The translations under genes and the position numbers were made by a program. The notes under the pieces were generated by a model. The model did no database searches, had not been told where the DNA came from, and was given only the letters and a program-made list of their open reading frames with translations. Source: Cereibacter sphaeroides 2.4.1 (GTDB lineage: Bacteria > Pseudomonadota > Alphaproteobacteria > Rhodobacterales > Rhodobacteraceae). Taken from it: a stretch of DNA of 32,000 nt. This document shows, piece by piece, positions 9,268 to 18,029 of this stretch; position 1 is the stretch's first letter; the number at the start of each line of letters is the position of its first letter. The DNA is taken from the NCBI RefSeq assembly GCF_000012905.2, contig NC_007493.2, positions 2,610,001 to 2,642,000 of the forward strand, read 5' to 3'.

Positions 9268-9273
9268 GATCCG

Positions 9274-10446
9274 CTATTGCAGATCCGAGAAGGCGCGCGC
9301 GATCCGGTCGAGCGCCTCTTCCACCTGCGCCCGCGGCGCGGCGATGTTGAACCGCAGGAAACTCTCGCCGCCCGCGCCGAAGGTGGCGCCGTGGTTGGCG
9401 GCGATCTGAGCGTCGGACTGCACGCGGCGATGGATCTCGTCGGTGCTCATGCCGGTGCCTGAAAAATCCACCCACGACAGATAGGTGGCTTCCAGCTTCA
9501 TCGAGCGCAGGCCCGGGATCGCGTCGATCCGCGAGTCGAACAGCGTCCGGTTGCCGTCGAGATAGGCCATCAGCCCGTCGACCCAGTCCGCGCCCTCGGG
9601 CGAATAGCCCGCCGTCACCATGAAGAGGCCGAAGGAGTTGGGCGAGATCCCGAGCGCCGCCATCCGCGCGGCGAAGCTGGCCCGCAGCGCCGGATTGGGG
9701 ATGATGACATTGCCGCAATGGGCGCCCGCGATGTTGAAGGTCTTGGTGCCCGCGGTCAGCATCACCAGCCGGTTCAGGATCTCGGGCGCGGCGAGCGGCA
9801 TCACCGTGTGGCGCTGGCCCGGATAGACGAGGTCGTGGTGGATCTCGTCCGACACGAGGATCAGGTCGTGGCGCACGCAGAAATCGGCCACCTGACGCAG
9901 CTCGTCCACGCTCCAGACCCGTCCGCCCGGATTGTGCGGCGAGCAGAGGATCAGCATCCGCTCGCGCCCGGAAAGCTGGGCCTCCCAAGCCTCGAAGTCC
10001 ATGACATAGCGGCCGTCTTCCTGGGCCAGGCGGCATTCCACCACCTCGCGTCCGGCGGCCCGGATCACCCGCGCGAAGGCGTGGTAGACCGGCGTCATGA
10101 GCATCACCCCGTCGCCCGGCTGCGTGAAGGCATCGACGCAGAGCGCGGTGCCGTTCACCAGCCCATGCACGGTGAAAATCCATTCCGGAGAAACGTCCCA
10201 GCCGTGCCGGTGCTCCATCCACCAGCGGATCGCGCCGAGATAGGCGCGGTCGTCGCCGAAATAGCCGTAGAGCCCGTGCGCGGTCATGCCCTCGAGCGCC
10301 TTCTGGATCGCCGCCGGCGGGCGAAACTCCATGTCGGCCACCCACATGGCGATGCCGGTGTCGGCCGGCACGCCGTAGAGGGTCTCCATCATGTCCCACT
10401 TCACCGAGTGGGAGCCGCGGCGGTCGATGCGCTCGTCGAAGTTCAT
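9274..10446 (-). CDS. MalY/PatB-family PLP-dependent C-S lyase (cystathionine beta-lyase type aminotransferase fold)
   Basis: Begins MNFDERIDRRGSHSVKWD...LCSPHNPGGRVW...TKTFNIAG (PLP-lysine region)...RFNIA, inside ORF 9274..10539. ATG at 10446. Confidence 0.9.
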   Translation of the reverse strand: MNFDERIDRRGSHSVKWDMMETLYGVPADTGIAMWVADMEFRPPAAIQKALEGMTAHGLYGYFGDDRAYLGAIRWWMEHRHGWDVSPEWIFTVHGLVNGTALCVDAFTQPGDGVMLMTPVYHAFARVIRAAGREVVECRLAQEDGRYVMDFEAWEAQLSGRERMLILCSPHNPGGRVWSVDELRQVADFCVRHDLILVSDEIHHDLVYPGQRHTVMPLAAPEILNRLVMLTAGTKTFNIAGAHCGNVIIPNPALRASFAARMAALGISPNSFGLFMVTAGYSPEGADWVDGLMAYLDGNRTLFDSRIDAIPGLRSMKLEATYLSWVDFSGTGMSTDEIHRRVQSDAQIAANHGATFGAGGESFLRFNIAAPRAQVEEALDRIARAFSDLQ

Positions 10447-10586
10447 GGTCGCTCCTGTTTGCGCGCGAGCGTAGCGGACGCTCCGGCAGGTGCAAGGGTG
10501 GCGCGCCCGCCGCGTGCGAAGGCGTGCCGCAGCCCGCACGCGCCCGGACCATTGCGCGAAGACCCGGCAGGTCGTAAATCACGGCC

Positions 10587-11120
10587 ATGATACGCCCCAT
10601 CCTGATCCACCCGGACCCGCGCCTGAAGAAGATCTGCGACCCTGTCGGCCAGATCACCGACGACCTGCGCCGTCTGGCCGATGACATGCTGGCCACGATG
10701 TATGACGCGCCGGGGATCGGCCTCGCCGCGCCGCAGGTGGGGGTGGTGCGGCGGCTGATCGTGCTCGACTGCAACAAGGAGAGCGACGGTGCCCGGCGCC
10801 CGGTCGCCATGGTCAATCCCGAGGTCGTGTGGCGCTCGGAGGATGTCTCGACCTACGAGGAAGGCTGCCTCTCGCTGCCCAACGTCTTCGCCGACGTGGA
10901 GCGCCCGGCCGAGGTGAAGGTCCGCTGGACCGGCCTCGACGGCCGCGAGGAGGAGGAGCAGTTCGCCGGCCTCTGGGCCACCTGCGTGCAGCACGAGATC
11001 GACCATCTCGACGGCAAGCTCTTCATCGACTACCTGCGCCCGCTCAAGCGGCAGATGATCACGCGCAAGATGGAGAAGTTCAAGCGCGCCCAGGCTTCGG
11101 GCATGGTGCAGAAGGCCTGA
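10587..11120 (+). CDS. def: Peptide deformylase (canonical copy)
   Basis: All three PDF motifs are intact: GIGLAAPQVG, EGCLSLP, QHEIDHLDG. Basic C-terminal helix RPLKRQMITRKMEKFKR. Confidence 0.95.
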   Translation: MIRPILIHPDPRLKKICDPVGQITDDLRRLADDMLATMYDAPGIGLAAPQVGVVRRLIVLDCNKESDGARRPVAMVNPEVVWRSEDVSTYEEGCLSLPNVFADVERPAEVKVRWTGLDGREEEEQFAGLWATCVQHEIDHLDGKLFIDYLRPLKRQMITRKMEKFKRAQASGMVQKA

Positions 11121-11611
11121 TGGCGGTCCTGCCGATCCTGCGCTGGCCCGACCCGCGTCTGTCGCAGGCCTGCGCGCCGGCCGAGCCCGGCCCCGCGCTC
11201 GAGGCGCTGGCCTCGGACATGCTGGCCACCATGTACCACGCGGAGGGCCGTGGCCTCGCCGCGCCACAGGTGGGCCGCATGGTCCGGCTCTTCGTGATGG
11301 ACACGCTCTGGAAGGAGGCTCCGGCCGCGCCGCAGGTCTTCGTCAATCCCCAGATCCTCTGGATGGCCGAGGCGCGGGTGGAGGGCCCCGAGGGCTGCCT
11401 CTCGATCCCCGGCGCCCGCCCCCTCGTGGCCCGCGCGCCCGAGATCCGGCTGCGCTGGACAAGCCTCTTCGGTGCCGAGCAGGAGGCGCACCTGACCGGC
11501 ATCGAGGCCATCTGCGCCCAGCACGAGATCGACCATCTGGACGGGATCGTGACCCTCGACCGCCTGTCGCCCGCCGCGCGCGACGAGGCCCTGCGGGAGA
11601 TGGAGACATGA
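11120..11611 (+). CDS. Peptide deformylase paralog 2 (catalytic motifs intact, short acidic C-terminus)
   Basis: MAVLPILRWPDPRL...GRGLAAPQVG...EGCLSIPG...QHEIDHLDG. ATG 11120 overlaps the def stop (TGATG, 11118-11122). Confidence 0.9.
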   Translation: MAVLPILRWPDPRLSQACAPAEPGPALEALASDMLATMYHAEGRGLAAPQVGRMVRLFVMDTLWKEAPAAPQVFVNPQILWMAEARVEGPEGCLSIPGARPLVARAPEIRLRWTSLFGAEQEAHLTGIEAICAQHEIDHLDGIVTLDRLSPAARDEALREMET

Positions 11612-12111
11612 TCCGCCCCTTCGTGATGTATCCCGACAAGCGGCTGAAGACCGTGGCCACCCCCGTCGAAGCGGTGACGGACGAGATCCGCGCCATCTGG
11701 ACCGACATGATCGAGACGATGGATGCGATGCCGGGCTACGGGCTGGCCGCGCCGCAGATCGGCGTGATGCTGCGCCTTGCGGTGGTGGATTGCTCGGAGA
11801 ACCGCGGCAAGGCCATCCGGCTCGCCAACCCCGAGATCCTCCATGCCTCGGGGCAGTTCCGCGAGCATGAGGAGGGCAGCCCCAACCTGCCCGGCGCCAG
11901 CGCCGTCATCTCGCGGCCCCGGGCGGTCACGGTGCGCTTCCTGAATGAGGCGGGCGAGATCGAGGAGCGCGATTTCGTCGACATCTGGGCCACCTCGGTC
12001 CAGCATCAGATCGACCATCTGAACGGCAGGCTCTATATCGACCGCCTCTCGCCCCTGAAGCGCAAGATGGTGGTGGCGAAGTCCGAGAAATACCTGCGCC
12101 GGGTGGGCTGA
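11608..12111 (+). CDS. Peptide deformylase-like paralog 3, predicted catalytically inactive
   Basis: GYGLAAPQIG is retained. Motif 2 reads EGSPNLP instead of EGCLS, and motif 3 reads QHQIDHLNG instead of QHEIDH. The start overlaps the paralog 2 stop (ATGA, 11608-11611). Confidence 0.88.
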   Translation: MIRPFVMYPDKRLKTVATPVEAVTDEIRAIWTDMIETMDAMPGYGLAAPQIGVMLRLAVVDCSENRGKAIRLANPEILHASGQFREHEEGSPNLPGASAVISRPRAVTVRFLNEAGEIEERDFVDIWATSVQHQIDHLNGRLYIDRLSPLKRKMVVAKSEKYLRRVG

Positions 12112-12114
12112 GCC

Positions 12115-13023
12115 ATGCGCCTGATCTTCATGGGCTCGCCCGACTTCTCCGTCCCGGTGCTCGAGGCGCTCCATGCGCATCACGAGGTGGTCTGCGTCTA
12201 TTGCCAGCCGCCCCGCCCCGCGGGCCGCGGCAAGAAGGACCGCCCCACCCCGGTGCAGACCCGCGCCGAGGAGCTTGGCCTGCCGGTCCGCCATCCGACC
12301 TCGCTGCGCACGCCCGAGGCGCAGGCCGAGTTCGCGGCGCTCGGGGCCGAGGCGGCGGTGGTCGTGGCCTACGGCCTCATCCTGCCCCAGCCGATCCTCG
12401 ATGCGCCCGAGCGGGGCTGCCTCAACATCCATGCCTCGCTCCTGCCGCGCTGGCGCGGGGCGGCCCCGATCCACCGGGCGATCCTCGCAGGCGATGAGGA
12501 GACCGGGATCTGCATCATGCAGATGGAGGCCGGTCTCGACACCGGCCCCGTGCTGATGTGCGAAAAGACCCATATCGGCCCCGAGGAGACGGTGCAGGAT
12601 CTGCATGACCGGCTGTCCGACATGGGGGCGCGGCTGATCCTCGGCGCGCTCGGGGCGCTCGACGATCTGGTGCCCTGCCCGCAGCCCGACGCGGGCGTGA
12701 CCTATGCCGAAAAGATCGCCAAGGCCGAGGCCGGGATCGACTGGACCCGCCCCGCCACCGAGATCGACCGGCAGATCCGCGGCCTCTCGCCCTTCCCCGG
12801 CGCCTGGACGCTGCTGAACGGCGAGCGGGTGAAGCTGCTGCGCTGCCGGCTGGCCGAGGGCCACGGCGCCCCCGGCGCGGTGCTGGGCGGGCTCACCATC
12901 GCCTGCGGCACCGGCGCGGTCGAGATCACGCTCGCGCAGCGCGAGGGCAAGCGGCCGATGGAGCCGGAGGAGTTCCTGAGGGGCTTCCCGCTGCCCGAGG
13001 GCAGCCGCGCCCACACGTCCTGA
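12115..13023 (+). CDS. fmt: Methionyl-tRNA formyltransferase
   Basis: [19 protein letters not shown]...[20 protein letters not shown]...[15 protein letters not shown]. It starts 3 nt after the third deformylase paralog. Confidence 0.96.
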   Translation: MRLIFMGSPDFSVPVLEALHAHHEVVCVYCQPPRPAGRGKKDRPTPVQTRAEELGLPVRHPTSLRTPEAQAEFAALGAEAAVVVAYGLILPQPILDAPERGCLNIHASLLPRWRGAAPIHRAILAGDEETGICIMQMEAGLDTGPVLMCEKTHIGPEETVQDLHDRLSDMGARLILGALGALDDLVPCPQPDAGVTYAEKIAKAEAGIDWTRPATEIDRQIRGLSPFPGAWTLLNGERVKLLRCRLAEGHGAPGAVLGGLTIACGTGAVEITLAQREGKRPMEPEEFLRGFPLPEGSRAHTS

Positions 13024-13115
13024 GCCTCACACCCGCGCGGCGCGAGCCCTGGCCTGATCTTTCTCCGCGCGGTCCCGCGAAGCGCCTCTGCCGTCCCCCG
13101 AGCCTGCCAAGAGAC

Positions 13116-16100
13116 TCAGGCCACCAGCGCCTCGGCCCGCTTGAGATCGACCGAAACGAGCTGGCTCACCCCCTGCTCGGCCATGGTCACGCCGAACAGC
13201 CGGTCCATCCGCGCCATCGTCACCGCATGGTGGGTGATGATGAGAAAGCGCGTCTCGGTGCGCCGGGTCATCTCGTCCAGCAGGTCGCAGAAGCGGGTGA
13301 CGTTCGCATCGTCGAGCGGCGCATCCACCTCGTCGAGCACGCAGATCGGCGCGGGGTTCGCGAGGAAGACCGCGAAGATCAGCGCCAGCGCCGTCAGCGT
13401 CTGCTCGCCCCCCGAGAGCAGCGAGAGCGTCGAGAGCTTCTTGCCCGGCGGCTGGCACATGATCTCGAGCCCCGCTTCCAGCGGATCGTCGCTCTCGACC
13501 ATCACGAGCCGCGCCTCGCCGCCGCCGAAGAGATGAGTGAAGAGCGTGCCGAAGCTCGCATTCACCTGCTCGAAGGCGGTCAGAAGCCGCTCGCGCCCCT
13601 CGCGGTTCAGGCCCTGGATGCCCGCGCGCAGCTTCTTGACCGCCTCTTCGAGGTCGGTCTTCTCGGCCTTCAGCGTGTCATGCTCGGTCTGGACCGCCTG
13701 CGCATCCTCCTCGGCGCGCAGGTTCACCGCCCCCAGCGCCTCGCGCTGCCGCTTGAGCCGCCCGACATCGGTCTCGAGCGCCTCGACCGTGGGGATCCGC
13801 TCGGGATCGACCGCCAGCGCCTCGAGCAACTGCTGCGGTGTCCGCTCCGTCTCCTCGCGGATCCGCTCGGCCGCCAGCTGCAGCGCCTCGGTCGCGGCAT
13901 CGGCGCGGGCCTCGGCCCGGGCGCGCGCCTCGCGGCTCTCGCCCGCCTGACGCTCGGCCTCGCGCTCGGCCTCCTGCGCGGCGCGGAGCGCCGCCTCGGC
14001 CGAGGCCAGCGCATCGGAGGCGCGGGCGCGGCGCTCCTCGGCGGCCTCGATCGCTTCTGCCAGCTCCTCCCGGCGGGCGGCGATCTCCTCGGGCGCCTCG
14101 GCGGCCTCGCGCAGCGCCTCCTCGGTCTCGGCCTTGCGCTCGGCCAGTTCGGCGCTGCGCTTCTCGGCGGTCTCCAGCCGGTGCTTCCAGCCCGAAAGGT
14201 CCTTCGTCACCTCCTGCCGCCGCTTGACCCGCGCCTCGCCCTCGCGGCGCAGCTCGTCATGCAGCGAGCGGCGCGACATCATCGCGATGCGCGCGGCCTC
14301 GACCGCCATCTTCAGATCCTCGAGCCCCGCGCGCGCCGCCTCGAGATCCGGCAGCGCCGAGGCCACGCCTTCCGCCTCGCGCAGCCGCGCGCGGGCCTCC
14401 ATCGCCTCGTCCTCGTAGCGCTTCACCGCGAGCCGCGCCGATTCGAGCTTGCCGCCCGAGATCGAACGGTCCGCCTCGGCGCGGGCCGCCGCACGGCTCG
14501 CCTCGGTCACGCGCGCATCGGCGGCGCGGCGGGCCTCGCGGGCCTCCTGATCGGCGCGGGTGAGCTGCGCGAGCCGGGCCTGCAGCGCCTCGTGCGCCTG
14601 CCTTGCCCCCTCGGCGCGGGCCGCCACCTCCTCGAGATCGCGCTTCAGCGCCACCAGCCGGTTCAGCTGCTTCAGCCGCAGCGCCGCGGCCGAGGGCGCA
14701 TCCTCGGCACCCGCGCGGAACCCGTCCCAGCGCCACAGATCGCCCGCAAGGCTCACCAGCCGCTGCCCCGGTTGCAGCAGCGGCTGAAGCGCGGCCCCCG
14801 CCTCGCGGCCGACGAGGCCGATCTGGCCGATCCGGCGGCGCAGCACCTCGGGCACGCCCACATGCGGCGCCAGCGGCTCGGCGCCCGCCGGCAGCGGGGC
14901 CGTCTCGTCATAATCGGGCAGCGCGGCCCAGCCGGAGGGCGCGTCCGCCGCCACCTCGGGCGCGCGCAGATCGTCGGACAGCGCGGCGCCGAGGGCCGCC
15001 TCGAAGCCCGGCTCGACCTGAATGCGGTCGAGAAGCTGGCTACCCGCCTGCGCCTCGCGGTCGACGAGCCGCGCCAGCGCCGCCACCTCGGCCCGCAGCG
15101 CATTGGCCTCGCCCTCGGCGGCCGACCGCTGCGCCCGCGCCTCCGCCTCGCGCGACTGCGCCTCGGCCCGCGCCTCGTCGGCCTGCACCAGCGCCTCCTC
15201 GGCGGCCTCGGCGCGCTCCTGCGCCTCTTCCTGCGCCGCCGCCGCCTCTTCCCAGGTCTCGGCCGCCCGCTCCTGCGCCTCGGCCGCGGCCTCGACCGTT
15301 TCGCGCGCCCGCGCCGCCTCGGCCTCGGATCTGGCCAGCGTTGTACGGCTGTCAACCAGCATCCGCTGCGCCGACTGGTGGCGCGCCGAGAGCCGCGCGG
15401 CATCCTCGGTGCGCTCGGACAGGATCTCCTCGCGCTCGCCGAGCGCCGCCCCCGCCTCGCGCGCCGCCTCGGCCGCCTCGGCCAGCCGCTCCTCGTGGCC
15501 CTCGTGCGCGGTCTCGAGCGCCTCGCGCTCCCATTCCAGCCGCCCGATGGTCTCGGCCGCATCGCGGTTGAGCCCTGCCTCGCGCTCGATGTCGCGGCCG
15601 AGCTGGTCCACCCGCGACACGAGCGTGGCGATGGTGGCCCGCGCGCGATCCTCCTCGGCGGCCAGCGCGTCGCGCTCGACCGTCAGCCGTTGCAGCACGG
15701 CGCCGGCGATGGCCTCCTCCTCGCGCTTCGGCGGCAGCGTCGCCTCGGCCTCGGCACGGGCAGCGGCGGCCTTGCGCGCCACGGCCTCGGCCTGCCCCGC
15801 CGCCGTCATCCGCTCGCGCAGGAGCGCGAGCGCCTCGGTCCGCGCGACATCCGCCTCGCGCCAGCGGCGATAGAGGAGCGACCCCTCGGCCCGCCGCAGC
15901 TCCTCGCCGATCTCGCGGTAGCGGGCCGCCTGTTTGGCCTGCCGCGCCAGCGTGGAAAGCTGCTGCGCCAGCTGGTCGAGCACATCCTCGACCCGCGCGA
16001 GGTTCTGCTCGGTGGCCGCCAGCCGCAGCTCGGCCTCGTGCCGGCGCTGGTAGAGGCCCGAGATGCCCGCGGCCTCTTCGAGGATCCGCCGCCGCGCCTT

Positions 16101-16571
16101 GGGCTTGGCGTTGATGAGCTCGGAAATCTGCCCCTGCCGCACCAGCGCGGGCGAATGGGCCCCCGTCGAGGCATCGGCGAACAGCATCTGGATGTCGCGC
16201 GCCCGCACATCCCTGGTGTTGGCCTTGTAGGCCGAGCCCGCGTCCCGGGTGATCCGGCGCACGATCTCGATCGTGTCGGCATCGTTGAAGCCCGCGGGCG
16301 CCAGCCGGTCGGCATTGTCGAGGACGAGCGCCACCTCGGCGAAGTTGCGCGCGGGCCGCGTGGCCGCCCCGGCGAAGATCACATCCTCCATCCCCGCCCC
16401 GCGCATGGCGGTGGGCCGGTTCTCGCCCATCACCCAGCGCAGCGCCTCGAGCAGGTTCGACTTGCCGCAGCCGTTCGGCCCCACGACACCCGTCAGCCCC
16501 TCGTGGATCACCAGATCGGTGGGGTCCACGAAGCTCTTGAAGCCGTTCAGTCTGAGGCGGGTGAACCGCAA
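13116..16571 (-). CDS. smc: Chromosome segregation protein SMC
   Basis: ORF 13116..16628. The N-terminus reads RFTRLRLNGFKSF...GPNGCGKSNLLEA (Walker A). Long Ala/Glu/Arg coiled coils follow. The C-terminus has LSGGEQTLTALALIFA...VLDEVDAPLD (signature and Walker B). I prefer TTG at 16571 as start, with GAAGGA 7 nt upstream. Confidence 0.95.
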   Translation of the reverse strand: MRFTRLRLNGFKSFVDPTDLVIHEGLTGVVGPNGCGKSNLLEALRWVMGENRPTAMRGAGMEDVIFAGAATRPARNFAEVALVLDNADRLAPAGFNDADTIEIVRRITRDAGSAYKANTRDVRARDIQMLFADASTGAHSPALVRQGQISELINAKPKARRRILEEAAGISGLYQRRHEAELRLAATEQNLARVEDVLDQLAQQLSTLARQAKQAARYREIGEELRRAEGSLLYRRWREADVARTEALALLRERMTAAGQAEAVARKAAAARAEAEATLPPKREEEAIAGAVLQRLTVERDALAAEEDRARATIATLVSRVDQLGRDIEREAGLNRDAAETIGRLEWEREALETAHEGHEERLAEAAEAAREAGAALGEREEILSERTEDAARLSARHQSAQRMLVDSRTTLARSEAEAARARETVEAAAEAQERAAETWEEAAAAQEEAQERAEAAEEALVQADEARAEAQSREAEARAQRSAAEGEANALRAEVAALARLVDREAQAGSQLLDRIQVEPGFEAALGAALSDDLRAPEVAADAPSGWAALPDYDETAPLPAGAEPLAPHVGVPEVLRRRIGQIGLVGREAGAALQPLLQPGQRLVSLAGDLWRWDGFRAGAEDAPSAAALRLKQLNRLVALKRDLEEVAARAEGARQAHEALQARLAQLTRADQEAREARRAADARVTEASRAAARAEADRSISGGKLESARLAVKRYEDEAMEARARLREAEGVASALPDLEAARAGLEDLKMAVEAARIAMMSRRSLHDELRREGEARVKRRQEVTKDLSGWKHRLETAEKRSAELAERKAETEEALREAAEAPEEIAARREELAEAIEAAEERRARASDALASAEAALRAAQEAEREAERQAGESREARARAEARADAATEALQLAAERIREETERTPQQLLEALAVDPERIPTVEALETDVGRLKRQREALGAVNLRAEEDAQAVQTEHDTLKAEKTDLEEAVKKLRAGIQGLNREGRERLLTAFEQVNASFGTLFTHLFGGGEARLVMVESDDPLEAGLEIMCQPPGKKLSTLSLLSGGEQTLTALALIFAVFLANPAPICVLDEVDAPLDDANVTRFCDLLDEMTRRTETRFLIITHHAVTMARMDRLFGVTMAEQGVSQLVSVDLKRAEALVA

Positions 16572-16708
16572 GGCCGGATCCTTCTGATTCCCGATCGGGT
16601 CCGCATGGTCCGGTCTGGGGCGGCCCAAGTCAACCGGAGCCCCCTTGATCTGGCGGCATACGGCCGGTTATCCCCAAGATGTTGCAGCTCTCGGCAGGAA
16701 GGTGCGCC

Positions 16709-17194
16709 ATGATCCCCCGCAAGGCCCGTGAGGCAGAGGACTGGGAGGCGATCCGCGGGCTGATCCTTCGCGCCTTCGCCTTCATGGAGGGGCGGATCGA
16801 CCCGCCCTCCTCGGCCCACCGGCTGACGCCCGAGGCCATCGCCCGGCAGGCGCGCGAAGCCGAGGTCTGGCTGATGGGCGATCCGGCCGTGGCCTGCCTG
16901 TTCCTGACGCCCCTGCCGCAGGCGCTCTACCTCGGCAAGATGGCGGTCGAGCCCGCGCTGCAGGGGCAGGGCCTCGGGCGCGTGCTGATGGCCTTGGCCG
17001 AGGACCGGGCGCGGGCGCTGGGGCTGCCTGCGCTCGAACTCGAGACGCGGATCGAGCTGGTCGAGAATCAGGCGGCCTTCCGCGCCATGGGCTTCACGCA
17101 GGTTGCGGCCAAAGCCCATCCGGGCTTCGACCGGCCGACCTCGCTCACCTTCCGGCGCGCGCTCGGGCCCGCACCTGCTCGCGCCAGAGGGTGA
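16709..17194 (+). CDS. GNAT family N-acetyltransferase
   Basis: LGKMAVEPALQGQGLGRVLMALAEDRARALG is the acetyl-CoA binding Q/RxxGxG/A motif. ATG 16709 has AGGAAGG 6 nt upstream. Lies inside ORF 16679..17194. Confidence 0.8.
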   Translation: MIPRKAREAEDWEAIRGLILRAFAFMEGRIDPPSSAHRLTPEAIARQAREAEVWLMGDPAVACLFLTPLPQALYLGKMAVEPALQGQGLGRVLMALAEDRARALGLPALELETRIELVENQAAFRAMGFTQVAAKAHPGFDRPTSLTFRRALGPAPARARG

Positions 17195-18029
17195 AGAGCC
17201 CGGCCGAGACCACCACGCAGGCGCCGAGGACGACATTCCACCCCGGCCGCTCGTCGAAGACGAAGAAGCCGAGCATCGCCGCGAAGGGCAGTTGCAGATA
17301 GGCGAAGGGCTGCACCGCGCTCGCCTCGGCCACCTCATAGGCGCGGATCAGGCACCAATGCCCCAGCGCCGCCGTACAGCAGAGCGCCGCCATCCAGAAC
17401 CAGTCGCCCGGCGCCATCGGCTCCCAGTGCCAGAGGCCCACGGCGGTCATGGCGACGGCGCCGACCGTGCCCGTCCAGAAGAAGCTGACGGCCGCCGAGT
17501 CGCCCCGCGCCACATAGCGCGTGAGCAGCGCATAGGTCGCAAAGAGCGTCGCCGCCGCGAGCGGCACCAGCGCCCAGGGCGAGAAGACCGCAAGGCCCGG
17601 CTGCAGGATGATGAGGATGCCCACGAAGCCCGCGCCGATGGCGAGCCAGCGCCGCCAGCCCACCGTCTCGCCCAGAACCGGCCCCGAGAGGGCCGCCACC
17701 AGCAGCGGATAGCAGATGAAGACCGCGTGGCTGGCCACGAGGCCCAGCTTCACGAACCCCACCACCATGACGCAGACCTCGGCCGCGAGCAGAAGTCCGC
17801 GCAGGACCTGCAGGACGGGAAAGCGCGAGCGGATCGCCGGGGCGAGGCCGCCCGCCTGCCGCGCGGCCACCGCGATCACGAAGGCCGCGAAGAACCAGTA
17901 GCGGATCATCACCACCATGAGGACGCTGTAATGCTCGGCGAGATGGCGCGAGATGCCGTCCTGCAGCGCGAAGATGCAGGTGGTGAGCACCATGAGCCCG
18001 ATGCCCAGCCGCGTATTCTGTTCGGTCAT
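17145..18029 (-). CDS. DMT (EamA-like) superfamily transporter
   Basis: Starts at MTEQNTRLGIGLMVLTTCIFALQDG within ORF 17145..19100. About 10 hydrophobic helices in two EamA-like halves. The start overlaps the upstream stop (ATGA, 18026-18029). Confidence 0.88.
   Translation of the reverse strand: MTEQNTRLGIGLMVLTTCIFALQDGISRHLAEHYSVLMVVMIRYWFFAAFVIAVAARQAGGLAPAIRSRFPVLQVLRGLLLAAEVCVMVVGFVKLGLVASHAVFICYPLLVAALSGPVLGETVGWRRWLAIGAGFVGILIILQPGLAVFSPWALVPLAAATLFATYALLTRYVARGDSAAVSFFWTGTVGAVAMTAVGLWHWEPMAPGDWFWMAALCCTAALGHWCLIRAYEVAEASAVQPFAYLQLPFAAMLGFFVFDERPGWNVVLGACVVVSAGLFTLWREQVRARARAGR

Noticed and set aside
13024-13115. Two copies of the self-complementary octamer CCGCGCGG in the fmt/smc convergent spacer, considered as a bidirectional terminator.
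   Set aside because: The spacer between the copies is about 24 nt and there is no U-tract on either strand. Such CG palindromes are common in this composition.
13227-16712. Very long ORFs antisense to, or out of frame with, real genes. Examples are the 1161-aa ORF opposite smc, 373..2040, 6568..8199, 6225..7154, 11080..13014, 19501..21789, 20022..22235, 23765..25123, 26417..27994 and 28257..30632.
   Set aside because: Their translations are Arg/Pro/Gly/Ala low-complexity with no family resemblance. Each lies opposite or overlapping a gene with clear homology-type motifs and strong GC3. Stop codons are rare in high-GC DNA, so these are shadow ORFs.
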